Shown one piece after another: positions 50,637 to 59,711 of a DNA stretch of 64,000 nt. Every line of letters begins with the position of its first letter. The first letter of the stretch is position 1. The translations under genes and the position numbers were made by a program. The notes under the pieces are model-generated. The model searched no databases and was not told the origin of the DNA. It saw only the letters and a program-made list of their open reading frames with translations. Source of the stretch: a virus. The stretch lies in IMG/VR virus record IMGVR_UViG_3300029310_000003; one strand, given 5' to 3'.

Positions 50637-52380
50637 TCGTACCTCCGTACTGGTCGATCATCGTCTCGCTTCCGTCCGCCGTCACGGTTCCGTCGCCCTT
50701 CGGCCGTCCGGGAGACTGCGGCGGCAGTCCCGAGGAATCCTGCTTCATGTTGTATGCCGTCACCAGCGGCAGCCGCTTGTCGAGGATACCGCTGTTGTAG
50801 ACCGCATCCGACAAACACAGATCGTCCAGCATCGACCGGTCAAGCAGCGCGTTATAAAGAATGGTGTCCGGCAGAATTCCGTGTTCCATCCCATTCATGC
50901 ACCGTTCGAGCGTTTTTTCATCCTCCGCAATATCTCCAAACATGACGAATTTCCAGTCGTATTTGAGGTTGAGCTTTTTGATAATGGCATTCATCATCCG
51001 CTCAAAATCGCGGTAGACCGTCTGCATGAACTTACTTTCGATCTGAAGCGAGATCTGTGCCGTTCCTGCCTTCGGATCGTCTCCCAGTGGAATGATCGCG
51101 CCCATACCCGCCTGACTCATCGTGTCGCTGTAGCCCTGCTTCACAATATCCATTGCCGACGGAGCTTCCGACAGGCTTTCCAGTTTCATATTTTCAAACG
51201 GAGCCGCATACAGGCCGATTCCGCTTGTACTGTTCATCTGCAGCATGTCGTACCAGATTGCTTCAAACAGAAGCCGTCCGGCGTTACTGAGTTTGTATTG
51301 ATCCTCAGATGACGCTGCTTTGTCGTCCCGATAGGGAATTTCTCCGTGCAGGAGGCTCACAAGCGGATTCTGGATCAATTCCAGCTGGATCTGTTCCATC
51401 TGCGCCAGCTGGATCATGTTCAGGAAGAGTCCCGCGAACGGCGAGATTGCCGTCCGGCTCACATCGTCCGCTTCAAACGGGAAAACCGAATCGACCGGCA
51501 GATAGACCCAGTAATACCATCGTCCGTTCTGATAATAGACGTCCGGTGTCCCCGGTATATCGCCCATCGCCTGAATCCGCTGGAATTTTTGCATGTCAAT
51601 GCGCGTTTTCTGCGCAAAAACAACGCTTGTTCCCGTTCCTTCCGGCTTCTGCACCACGCTTCCAAAGTCGTACAGATACGGCAGAAACAGCTCTCCGAAC
51701 TGTTCCGGCACGCATCCCGGCTGCAGGAAGTACATCATGTTGAAGGCGACCGTATATTTGGAAACGTTATTATATCCCGTGATCTTCGTCCAGTCGCTGG
51801 GCAGCTGCTGCATGAATGCGTAGTTCACCTTGTTGTGGCTCTTGTCCACGCTGTAGCGCGGGTAGTAGAAAACCTTGCCTTCTACCCCGACCTGCCCGAC
51901 GATCTGGTGCGCGTTTTCCTTGGGCTTGAATTCCTCCCGGAGCTTTTCCGTCAGCTTCCATTCCCGCAGGAAATCGTCCTTTTTCGTATCCTCTCCGGAT
52001 ACCATTCTCGGCATCACATAGCTGTGATAGGTCAGCAGATTCTGGTACGTTTTCCGGATGTGAAACAGTGGATATGCCGTGTATTCCAGAATGTGCGATA
52101 CCTGCCGGAGCGGCTGCTCGCTGTCATACGGAGCCGTGAGCATCTCGCCGACCTTGTCTTTCGTGAAATTGACCGGCAGAGAGGATATCTGCTTGACGCG
52201 GCGATTTTGAATGTAGGGATTTGCCATCCCGTAGCGGCCGGCATTGATCCCGGCAAATGCCGTCGAGATCGCGCTCATCGGCATCCCCTGATTTTCTGCC
52301 GCCATCGTCCGGAGCTTTTCAAAGATCTGCGGGAATGCGGCGTATTGGAGCTTATTCAGTTCACTTGTCTCTATCGCCAT
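50629..52380 (-). CDS. putative portal protein
   Basis: 583 aa, between the terminase large subunit and the scaffold-like gene. Start MAIETS lies 8 nt after GGAGGA. Confidence 0.65.
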   Translation of the reverse strand: MAIETSELNKLQYAAFPQIFEKLRTMAAENQGMPMSAISTAFAGINAGRYGMANPYIQNRRVKQISSLPVNFTKDKVGEMLTAPYDSEQPLRQVSHILEYTAYPLFHIRKTYQNLLTYHSYVMPRMVSGEDTKKDDFLREWKLTEKLREEFKPKENAHQIVGQVGVEGKVFYYPRYSVDKSHNKVNYAFMQQLPSDWTKITGYNNVSKYTVAFNMMYFLQPGCVPEQFGELFLPYLYDFGSVVQKPEGTGTSVVFAQKTRIDMQKFQRIQAMGDIPGTPDVYYQNGRWYYWVYLPVDSVFPFEADDVSRTAISPFAGLFLNMIQLAQMEQIQLELIQNPLVSLLHGEIPYRDDKAASSEDQYKLSNAGRLLFEAIWYDMLQMNSTSGIGLYAAPFENMKLESLSEAPSAMDIVKQGYSDTMSQAGMGAIIPLGDDPKAGTAQISLQIESKFMQTVYRDFERMMNAIIKKLNLKYDWKFVMFGDIAEDEKTLERCMNGMEHGILPDTILYNALLDRSMLDDLCLSDAVYNSGILDKRLPLVTAYNMKQDSSGLPPQSPGRPKGDGTVTADGSETMIDQYGGTND

Positions 52381-52732
52381 TTTCCGCATCCTCCGCCGTT
52401 CCGGCCTGCTTTCTGCGTTCTTCTGCCAGCGCGCTTGACAGCTCGTCGATCATCCGGCTCAGATTCTCCATTGTTTTCGGCTTTTCCTTTTCCAGCCGTT
52501 CCCGCAGAAGCGCCGTCGCGCAGCTCATGATCCAGTCTTCGTCTGCCTTCGTCAGCCGCTTCACGTTTTCTCCGTCGATCTCCATGCCGCCCTCTGGCCG
52601 AGCACCCGCCGTATAGATCAGGATGTATCCCGGCGCGATCCTGCTGAACCGTTCGCGCATCGCCGTTTCCACAGCCTCCTGTGTCACGCGCAGCGCATAT
52701 AGCCGGTATACCTTCGTCTGATCTTCTGTCAT
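52361..52732 (-). CDS. hypothetical protein (123 aa)
   Basis: ORF track entry, between TerL and the portal gene. Confidence 0.5.
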   Translation of the reverse strand: MTEDQTKVYRLYALRVTQEAVETAMRERFSRIAPGYILIYTAGARPEGGMEIDGENVKRLTKADEDWIMSCATALLRERLEKEKPKTMENLSRMIDELSSALAEERRKQAGTAEDAENGDRDK

Positions 52733-52733
52733 C

Positions 52734-54479
52734 TCAAAAAATCCTTCCTCCGCGTCTCTGCGTCACAAGGCGTCCCGCACCCTGCGCAGGGCCTGCGTTC
52801 CGGACGCTTTCGCGTCCCTGATACCTCTTGAGCATTTCGTCCCAATCGCTTTTCTTCCGGATCTCACTCAAAGCCAGCTCTTTTTCCAGTTTCTGCGCCA
52901 GCCGCAGTCCGTATTTGATAGCCGACCAGCTGTCTCGCTGGATCGCCCGTGAAATACGCTTTTCGCTGAAACCCGCGCCCGACGGCACGGCTTTCAGGTT
53001 CTGGATTTGGCCCGAAAGCTCCCGCGTTTTCTGATATGGCCTCGCGATCTGATAATCCAGATTGTCATCCTTGATCTTGTGAAGCCGCTTGTACGCCTCC
53101 ACGCCCTCGCGCGTGTTCATCGTCAGCAGCTGTACATTGTGGTTGTCAAACTGCGTCTGCGCATACCGGATCATTTCCACATCCGGGTCTGTCACGCCGC
53201 TTCCGCCCGCCTTGATGGGATAAATGACCGGCAGCGCCCCGTCCAGCTCCAGCGCCGTATATTCCGTGTGGTCGAGGATACAGAGCGGCGGAAGCCCATC
53301 TCCGAGATCCTTCATGAGGTCCTCAATGACCGCCTTGCCGTACTGCCATCCGTCTATCGCAATGTAGGTCGTGTTTCCGCCGTCAAAGCAGAACCGATAC
53401 CACACGTCCTTCAGCTTTCTGGCTTGCTTCATGGCGTTATCCGGAGGCGGCCAATCGTCCAGCCATACAAGCTGCTTCAAAAACCGATCCCTTTTCAGGA
53501 AATCCATCTGCTTCGTGAGCTTCCATACGCCGACGGCGCATTTCGCGTTCTTTTTCGCGTCCTCATAGGAAACGTCATAGCATACGATGTAGGTCACATC
53601 CTGCGGTTCCGTTTTGCACCCCGGATATTTGCAGCAGTGCTGCCGTTCCATCGAAAGCAGGCAGCAGCTCTCCGAAAGGCTTTCATCCGCAATGATCGGA
53701 TATTCGTCCGCGCCGGTGTACCGGCTTTCCATCTCGCGCATCCAGCGCTCCGGCGTCAGCTTCGACTTCAGCTTCTGCGCCCACGAATATGGCCGCATCT
53801 GCTGCAAAACTACGCATTCCCAGCTCATGTCGTATGCAAACGCGCTTTCTCCGCGATACATTTCCTTCAATGTGTCGCATCGGACGGGAAAGGACGGATG
53901 CTGTTTTCTTCCCGCGCTCGTAATGGAGTGGTTTTTATATGCAACGAAATTTTCATCTGGCTTTCCATCTACGTTGTGCCGCAGACGGACCGCCGGAAGA
54001 ACGATCGTCGAATACTCGGTAAAATCAAACGGAGGATTTTCTTCCTGTGCAAATTCCTCCGCCGTCACGTCGTGGATGTTGTCTCCACGGAAGGCAGAAA
54101 TATAAAATGCGCTTCCAAGGTCCGTTTCTATCTTGAAATCGTCCTTGCTCTCAGCCGTCACGCGCCATCCCTTTGCCAATGCCGGATAATCGTGTGCGAT
54201 CTGCTTGAACTGCTTGCTTCCAATCAGCGCCATCTGCTTGTAGCTTGGGCCGTAATAGGCGCTTTGCGTCCCCGGCCAAACCAATCCGTTCAGCATGGCA
54301 TACTTGAATTTTGTGCTCGTTTTCGTGATGCCGCGCGTTCCCGTGAATGCCACATCCGCGTTTCTCGCGTAGGCACGCATCATCAGCCGCTGCATGATTT
54401 CTTCGTTTGCGTAGTCCGCAAACTCATCCCGAAACAGGTCGCAGCCCTTGTCTGGATACCAGCGGATCACCCAGATCAA
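52734..54479 (-). CDS. terminase large subunit
   Basis: 581 aa. 'AFTGTRGITKTS' is Walker-A-like. Size and position fit. No in-frame ATG exists, so the start is TTG after GGTGGG. Confidence 0.75.
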   Translation of the reverse strand: MIWVIRWYPDKGCDLFRDEFADYANEEIMQRLMMRAYARNADVAFTGTRGITKTSTKFKYAMLNGLVWPGTQSAYYGPSYKQMALIGSKQFKQIAHDYPALAKGWRVTAESKDDFKIETDLGSAFYISAFRGDNIHDVTAEEFAQEENPPFDFTEYSTIVLPAVRLRHNVDGKPDENFVAYKNHSITSAGRKQHPSFPVRCDTLKEMYRGESAFAYDMSWECVVLQQMRPYSWAQKLKSKLTPERWMREMESRYTGADEYPIIADESLSESCCLLSMERQHCCKYPGCKTEPQDVTYIVCYDVSYEDAKKNAKCAVGVWKLTKQMDFLKRDRFLKQLVWLDDWPPPDNAMKQARKLKDVWYRFCFDGGNTTYIAIDGWQYGKAVIEDLMKDLGDGLPPLCILDHTEYTALELDGALPVIYPIKAGGSGVTDPDVEMIRYAQTQFDNHNVQLLTMNTREGVEAYKRLHKIKDDNLDYQIARPYQKTRELSGQIQNLKAVPSGAGFSEKRISRAIQRDSWSAIKYGLRLAQKLEKELALSEIRKKSDWDEMLKRYQGRESVRNAGPAQGAGRLVTQRRGGRIF

Positions 54480-54615
54480 AAACGCCCACCATTCTGATTC
54501 AAACGAGGTGTAATCCCGCTGTTCGACCTCGCGCTTCTGAATCCATCCGACACCCTATTCAACTAGCCGGCAGACCACACTTTTCCGTATCGTCTCGCCA
54601 ACTCTCATCACCGTC

Positions 54616-55560
54616 CTATTTCTTCGCGCCGTCTTTCAGCGGCGGCATTCTGATGAGGCCCAATTTGTCGTAAGCCTCTTTTTCGTCCTCGTTCGGCTCC
54701 GAAGCGAATTCTCCCAGTTCGTCGTGAATGCGCATCTCGTCCGGCAGTGCGGAAAGCTCCGGCATTCCGTCGTTCTGGCGCATCCGATTCTCATTGATTA
54801 GGATCATCTGGTCAACTGCGTCCGCCGTATAGGGATATCTCGGCTTTCGGCCAAAGAAATATTCAAACATCTCGTCTGGGCTGCACTGCTTTCCGTTTTT
54901 CAGCAGTCCGGCCTTTTCCAGTCTGTCCGTGATCTCGTCCAGCCGTATCACGTCCGCCGGCCGAACGTCCTTCTTGCGCAGATTTTCGCTTGCAAGGTTT
55001 TCCTGTATCATGGTGGACAGCTTCTTTGCCGCGTCGAATTTTCCGGACGCCGTCATGTCGTTCATCTGCTTCATCCAGCGCGCCACATTGCGAAGGATCA
55101 GCTGCTGCTTTGCGCTGACCGCATTCTCTCCGCCAAAATCCGAAACGAGGACTTCATAAATTCTGTCGAATTCTGCGTAATCCTCGCTGGAATAGTCGTT
55201 TCCCCAATCCTTCCGCTGCCTTACCGTTCCGGCCTTTGCCGTCTGGGCGTTTCTCTCTGCGGAAACGGCCTTGGTGAACTCGCCATCTTTCAGACCTTCT
55301 CCGAAGATCTTCGTGATGTCCGTCAGCCCGTCCAGAAAGCCATAGGGTTCTCTGGACTTGTTCACATCGAGCTTTTTGATGTGCAGATTATCGAGATACG
55401 AAAGCCACCTGTCGCGCCCGTCGTCGCGCGGCACGCAGTCGCGCGCGAACGGAACATCGTATTTGATGCAGCAGTAAAAAATTGCAAGGCTTTCGGAGGT
55501 TTTTCTGGCAAGCTGCGTGAAATATTCCTGCTGTTCCAGCTCACTGACCGACTCGCTCAT
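54616..55560 (-). CDS. putative terminase small subunit / packaging protein (positional)
   Basis: ATG (MSESVSEL) 4 nt after GGGAGGA. First gene after the late promoter and leader terminator. Confidence 0.4.
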   Translation of the reverse strand: MSESVSELEQQEYFTQLARKTSESLAIFYCCIKYDVPFARDCVPRDDGRDRWLSYLDNLHIKKLDVNKSREPYGFLDGLTDITKIFGEGLKDGEFTKAVSAERNAQTAKAGTVRQRKDWGNDYSSEDYAEFDRIYEVLVSDFGGENAVSAKQQLILRNVARWMKQMNDMTASGKFDAAKKLSTMIQENLASENLRKKDVRPADVIRLDEITDRLEKAGLLKNGKQCSPDEMFEYFFGRKPRYPYTADAVDQMILINENRMRQNDGMPELSALPDEMRIHDELGEFASEPNEDEKEAYDKLGLIRMPPLKDGAKK

Positions 55561-55573
55561 GCTTCCTCCCGTC

Positions 55574-55628
55574 CAACAAAAAAAGCCGCTTCGTTCGTCT
55601 CCAATCATGGAAACAGTCCCGAAGCGGC
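55574..55628 (-). terminator. intrinsic terminator in the leader of the packaging/structural operon
   Basis: Minus sense gccgcttcg-(26 nt)-cgaagcggc followed by TTTTTTTG, 6 nt upstream of the RBS of 54616..55560. Confidence 0.6.
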
Positions 55629-55654
55629 ACGTCATTTCTATATTCTTTTACCTG

Positions 55655-55683
55655 ATTATACCACACTTTCCCGCAAAAAGCAA
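55655..55683 (-). promoter_or_regulatory. near-consensus sigma-A promoter (TTGCTT-17-TGTGGTATAAT)
   Basis: Minus-strand TTGCTT 55678-55683, 17-nt spacer, TATAAT 55655-55660. Confidence 0.65.
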
Positions 55684-55773
55684 GAATAAATTGTGCAGTT
55701 CCTTTTTTCTTCTGATTTTTTGCCTCTTTTTACTTCTGAATGTCCGCCGTCCAAGTCCAAATCTTGGGGGAAT

Positions 55774-56133
55774 TCACTTGTTATATGTCCCCAGTACGCC
55801 GCGCTCTGCCCGGTCATCGGCGCGTTTCGCCATCCACATCAAGGCTTCCTCAATGTGCGTGATCGCGCAGGCATTTTCGCGCGTAGCGAATTCTCCCTTG
55901 TTGAACGCCGTCAGCCTATCACGCACGATTTCCAAAAGATCAGCGTCCAAAACACCACGCCGCGCGTTTGGGTCATTTCGTGCGCCTTTCTGAAACTCGA
56001 TTTGCGCTACCACCTTCGTCCCTCCTGCATCCATGACTGTGTAACTGTGGTATCCGCCACCGGGACCTTTTTCGGCGCTGCGGTAGATTGTGTTCAGGTT
56101 ATTGCGCTTTTGAATCGTCGATAGCTTTTCCAT
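55774..56133 (-). CDS. conserved phage protein of unknown function (119 aa)
   Basis: 'IEFQKGARNDPNARRGVLDADLLEIVRDRLTAFNKGEFATRENACAITHIEEALMWM' resembles a widespread phage family (FQ.G...G....LL.I..DRL..F..G.F..REN). I cannot name the family. Confidence 0.6.
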   Translation of the reverse strand: MEKLSTIQKRNNLNTIYRSAEKGPGGGYHSYTVMDAGGTKVVAQIEFQKGARNDPNARRGVLDADLLEIVRDRLTAFNKGEFATRENACAITHIEEALMWMAKRADDRAERGVLGTYNK

Positions 56134-56479
56134 ATCGTTCCTCCCATTTATCCAAAGGTTCTTTCAGAATTTCTACCGATGCAAGTTCACCGTTTACAAA
56201 CTCGCATCCGCAGTAGCTGGTTGAAATTACGATTTCAGTAATATCGGGCCGTATGCTTTTCAGTAGTCCAACGGGTTTGCCGTTAGCCGTCACAAACGGT
56301 GCGTTCTCTGGACGATAATCCCTGATTGGGGCTTCCGGCGCGGCTTTCAGTTTGCTCCTGAATCGAAGCAATTCATCGACATCTTCCGTGTCCGGTAGCT
56401 CGCCATCTTCTTTCCGCATTGAATCAAGAGCTTCATCAATGCTTGCGATCAGTTTGGTTGCGTTTACGTATCTATCCAT
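56099..56479 (-). CDS. hypothetical protein (126 aa)
   Basis: ORF track entry in the co-linear early gene string. Confidence 0.5.
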   Translation of the reverse strand: MDRYVNATKLIASIDEALDSMRKEDGELPDTEDVDELLRFRSKLKAAPEAPIRDYRPENAPFVTANGKPVGLLKSIRPDITEIVISTSYCGCEFVNGELASVEILKEPLDKWEERYGKAIDDSKAQ

Positions 56480-56877
56480 GTATTGTCAATCTCCTTCCCG
56501 TCGAATACCGCAACAAGTGAAATGGGGCCGACTTCAATTTTCTCAATTTGTAGCTTGTCAGTAACATTATCGGTTACAACAAACCTGCCGTCTTTATTTG
56601 GATCAATCGCGTTGTCATCATCCAGCATCGCAGTTACGTCAATTTTTGCTTTGTATAATCGCCCTGGTAGCCCCTGTTTGAAGCAGACACGTCCGAGTGT
56701 GTCGCTGAATGTATTGACACCGTATCGGCATTTCACTGTGAATGTCTGCCTATTTTCCGTCCGCTTGTAGTTTGACGCAATGCCCACGATGTATGGTCCA
56801 ATGCTTTCCACTGTAAAGCTGAAGTTTTCTTCTGGGGGAAATCCAGAATATAATAGGATTGCTTCGTGCAATGTCAT
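56464..56877 (-). CDS. hypothetical protein (137 aa)
   Basis: ORF track entry in the co-linear early gene string. Confidence 0.5.
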   Translation of the reverse strand: MTLHEAILLYSGFPPEENFSFTVESIGPYIVGIASNYKRTENRQTFTVKCRYGVNTFSDTLGRVCFKQGLPGRLYKAKIDVTAMLDDDNAIDPNKDGRFVVTDNVTDKLQIEKIEVGPISLVAVFDGKEIDNTWIDT

Positions 56878-56906
56878 TCAAATTCAATCCTTTCTTCCGC
56901 TTTACG

Positions 56907-57161
56907 TTAAAAATCCATCCGGTATCCGCAGTGCGGACATTTTTTCTTCAAAAGTGCCCACCTCAAAATGTCCGTATCCTCTTCATGTCCGCGCACCGTA
57001 GGCGCGTCGTGATAGCAATTCGAGCAGACAATATCAACGATGGAATTCCCATGCGCAGCCCAGAGATACTCGTCTCCGCCGTATACGTCATACGCGCGAT
57101 GTATTTTCCAGAAAGCATGACGGCGTGCCTTCTTTTTCTTACGCTTCGTCAGTCTTGACAT
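56907..57161 (-). CDS. hypothetical Cys-rich protein (84 aa)
   Basis: Start MSRLTKRKKKK chosen. C-terminal 'CSNCYH...CPHCGY' is zinc-ribbon-like. Confidence 0.4.
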   Translation of the reverse strand: MSRLTKRKKKKARRHAFWKIHRAYDVYGGDEYLWAAHGNSIVDIVCSNCYHDAPTVRGHEEDTDILRWALLKKKCPHCGYRMDF

Positions 57162-57342
57162 CTTCAACTGCATCCCTCGGGCTAAAATCCCGGCATTTCT
57201 GATACGCAAGCACCTTGTAAAACCACTCCATGTCGGAATAGGTCTTGCCCTTGTCTCTCAGGCATCTGTACGGATATAAATAGCCATCCCTGTACTCCCG
57301 ATACTTGCATAGCTCACAGGTCGCTTGTAATTTGCCCTCCAT
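57139..57342 (-). CDS. hypothetical protein (67 aa)
   Basis: GGGAGGA RBS; ORF track entry. Confidence 0.5.
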   Translation of the reverse strand: MEGKLQATCELCKYREYRDGYLYPYRCLRDKGKTYSDMEWFYKVLAYQKCRDFSPRDAVEDVKTDEA

Positions 57343-57353
57343 TTTTGTCCTCC

Positions 57354-57443
57354 CTAGACTAAGCGCAGCATCAGCGCCAGCGGCAGGAAGATCACCAGGA
57401 ACAGCGTCACCGCCGCGACGGCCTTCTGCGTTTTCTTATTCAT
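57354..57443 (-). CDS. 29-aa membrane peptide
   Basis: MNKKTQKAVAAVTLFLVIFLPLALMLRLV. The ATG is embedded in the upstream stop region. Below the track cut-off. Confidence 0.35.
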   Translation of the reverse strand: MNKKTQKAVAAVTLFLVIFLPLALMLRLV

Positions 57444-57660
57444 CGTCGCTTCCTCCGTACTTCTCTTCGTACTCCTCCTGTGAAATGACCTGAATGTCCT
57501 CCGCTGTGTATCCAGCTTCCTCAATGCAGAGAAGCCGCAGCACTTCGTCCTTATTGATGCACCTTGCCATCAGCTCATAGGGGAGTTCTTCCTTTGCCTC
57601 AAACGTCATCTGCACGCCGAATTCTCCGCGAATGCTGAAATAAAGCTTGTTTTCTACCAT
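57436..57660 (-). CDS. hypothetical protein (74 aa)
   Basis: ORF track entry. Confidence 0.5.
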   Translation of the reverse strand: MVENKLYFSIRGEFGVQMTFEAKEELPYELMARCINKDEVLRLLCIEEAGYTAEDIQVISQEEYEEKYGGSDDE

Positions 57661-57662
57661 TT

Positions 57663-57959
57663 TTACCTCCCAATCTTCAAGACATCGTGCGATTCAATTT
57701 CCGCCTCAATGCTGAAAACGTCGCTGTGCGGGTCGGCCTCTTCATCCTCGCAGACCAAAAGCGTCTGCTCCGCTGTCCCGACGTTCTCTCTTTCGATGTA
57801 CCATATGCCGAGATTTTCCTTTCCGTATCCGATGAGAATGACCGTTCCATCCGTAAACCGGAAGCGAATCTCTTTGTCATAGCAGTCGATCTCATGGTCT
57901 CCGTGTTCGCTGTGCTCTACCACGACCAGATCATCGCTGTACCCGTATATTGTCACCAT
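57663..57959 (-). CDS. hypothetical protein (98 aa)
   Basis: ORF track entry. Confidence 0.55.
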   Translation of the reverse strand: MVTIYGYSDDLVVVEHSEHGDHEIDCYDKEIRFRFTDGTVILIGYGKENLGIWYIERENVGTAEQTLLVCEDEEADPHSDVFSIEAEIESHDVLKIGR

Positions 57960-58394
57960 TTACCGTCTCTCCGTGTTCAGATAATTGATGATCTCATTGA
58001 TTTTGAGCGCAATCGTCGCGTTATCCGGAATGTCCTGAACCAGAATCCCCATCACGCCACGTTTGATGGTCTTTGTACCGTCCGCATTGTATGTCACCTC
58101 ATATCCGTTGACCTTGTCTTTTTTCATAAGTTCAAACGGCTCAATAGGCTTTTTCCCCATGCACTCTTTGAGAAACGGGTTTTCATACGTGCCAACGCGT
58201 TTGAACTGCTTCCAAAGCGCAGATTCGTCGCCTTTAAAGAATCCTCTGTTTCCTGGCATTTTCTCCGGATACAAAATATTCCAGTCAAAGGCAAATCGCT
58301 TGCCGTTTTCATTTTCCGCCGGTCTTCCAACCGTGTTGACTACGCCGACAATTCCACGCAGATCTTCTATATAATCACCGGTTTTAATGTTCAT
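57960..58394 (-). CDS. hypothetical protein (144 aa)
   Basis: ORF track entry. Confidence 0.55.
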   Translation of the reverse strand: MNIKTGDYIEDLRGIVGVVNTVGRPAENENGKRFAFDWNILYPEKMPGNRGFFKGDESALWKQFKRVGTYENPFLKECMGKKPIEPFELMKKDKVNGYEVTYNADGTKTIKRGVMGILVQDIPDNATIALKINEIINYLNTERR

Positions 58395-58632
58395 TTCGTC
58401 TCTCCCTCACATAAAGATTCGGCTCCTGCAATTTCATTTCTACCGTCTTTCCGCACCGCTCACAGACGACCTCGATCTCTGCATAGCCGGAGCGGAACGT
58501 CAGCAGCCTCCCCTTGTGCTTGACCCGGAGCGTGTCGCCTGCCTCAAACGCACCGAGAATATGCCCGTTCGGACAGCAGATGGTGCAGTTCACGTTCAGC
58601 ACGTCCGCCGGTGCTTTCACATAGTTCGTCAT
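58384..58632 (-). CDS. zinc-ribbon protein (82 aa)
   Basis: ATG after a GGGGGAG RBS. 'CTICCPNGH...VCERCGK'. Confidence 0.5.
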   Translation of the reverse strand: MTNYVKAPADVLNVNCTICCPNGHILGAFEAGDTLRVKHKGRLLTFRSGYAEIEVVCERCGKTVEMKLQEPNLYVRERRNEH

Positions 58633-59177
58633 TTCAGCTCCCCCACATACTGCCAGCTTTGCGGCGCACGCTTCAAAGGGCGCTTCCACTCGCAGTCATA
58701 ACCGTATTCTCCGTTCACGTCTGCCACCTGATCATACGGGCAGCTTCCACACCGTTCCTTTTCACAATACAACTCAGGCGGAAACCAGAACTCGTTCAGT
58801 TCTTTCGGTTGATTGTAGATTTTCAGGTCGGAGATATGCCATCCGTATAACATATTTGCGCCGTTTGCATACGTCCGAATTTCATCGGCAGTCAGGCAAG
58901 TGTGCCGGACATCATCTTCGTTTAGCCAAAAGCGGCTATTTGCGAAAATATCTGTTACGCGGTCGCAGACAAACTCCCCGACGACCGTTCCACCAACTTC
59001 TATCTTTACCCATTTCCCATTGATGATATGGGGAACGATTCCTTTTGTCCGGTAGATATAGCACCTAAACGGCGTTTCCAGCTTTGGCCGCGTCTTGCGC
59101 ACCTCAATCGTCTTTTCGCCGTCAGCAATTTTCTCGCACCATTTCGGCCGGATGCTGATAAGAACTGCCCTGCTCAT
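58629..59177 (-). CDS. ASCH (PUA-like) domain protein
   Basis: 'AVLISIRPKWCEKIADGEKTIEVRKTRP' is the typical ASCH N-terminus. Confidence 0.7.
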   Translation of the reverse strand: MSRAVLISIRPKWCEKIADGEKTIEVRKTRPKLETPFRCYIYRTKGIVPHIINGKWVKIEVGGTVVGEFVCDRVTDIFANSRFWLNEDDVRHTCLTADEIRTYANGANMLYGWHISDLKIYNQPKELNEFWFPPELYCEKERCGSCPYDQVADVNGEYGYDCEWKRPLKRAPQSWQYVGELK

Positions 59178-59362
59178 ACCGCCGCCCCCTTCTGCGCGGC
59201 CTCTACCTGCATTTTCAGCCGGTCAGCCCTTTGCAGATGCTTTTCCGCCCGCGCAATGATCCGTGAGACCGTAGACCGATTCACGTTGTATTTCAGCGCG
59301 ATCTGTCCCATCGTTTTCCCGGACATATAAAGCGTGTAATACAGCTCCTGTTTTTCCGTCAT
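59174..59362 (-). CDS. small sigma-70 region-4-like HTH protein (62 aa)
   Basis: 'LYMSGKTMGQIALKYNVNRSTVSRIIARAEKHL'. Confidence 0.55.
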   Translation of the reverse strand: MTEKQELYYTLYMSGKTMGQIALKYNVNRSTVSRIIARAEKHLQRADRLKMQVEAAQKGAAV

Positions 59363-59363
59363 G

Positions 59364-59711
59364 CTATACCTCCATGCATTCGTTCCATCGGACGTTCACC
59401 CTGTGTCCGTTCACCGTCACCACATATCCCGGCCGTTCGCTGCGGTACTGATACTTTTCCGACGAATAGACCGCGCCGACCGCCGGCTGAAACTCGGCAA
59501 ATACCGGCAGCAGCGCTGTGATCCGGATCATGATCCCGTCCCATTTTCTCGCCTTCAGGCGTTCCGGCTTTGCCGAGTCCCGTGCCTGTTCCTGCTTTTT
59601 CATGTAAGCGTGGTAGCACTCCGGCCCGCAGAAAATATGCCGGTATCCGTTCTTAAGCCGCCGCGTAATGCTTTCTCCGCAGTTCGGGCAGTTCTGCGTC
59701 ACATTAGGCAT
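59364..59711 (-). CDS. zinc-ribbon protein (115 aa)
   Basis: AAAGGAGA RBS. 'CPNCGESI...FCGPECYHAY'. Confidence 0.5.
   Translation of the reverse strand: MPNVTQNCPNCGESITRRLKNGYRHIFCGPECYHAYMKKQEQARDSAKPERLKARKWDGIMIRITALLPVFAEFQPAVGAVYSSEKYQYRSERPGYVVTVNGHRVNVRWNECMEV

Noticed and set aside
52734-54479. Possibility of recoding or a split gene for the terminase large subunit, because no in-frame ATG exists.
   Set aside because: A TTG preceded by GGTGGG at suitable distance is a sufficient explanation, and there is no evidence for an intron, an intein or a frameshift.
55561-55635. N-terminal extension (MTCRFGTVSMIGDERSGFFCWTGGS) of track ORF 54616..55635.
   Set aside because: It would be translated straight through the leader terminator hairpin and T-run, and it has no RBS. 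The ATG at 55560 has a GGGAGGA RBS.
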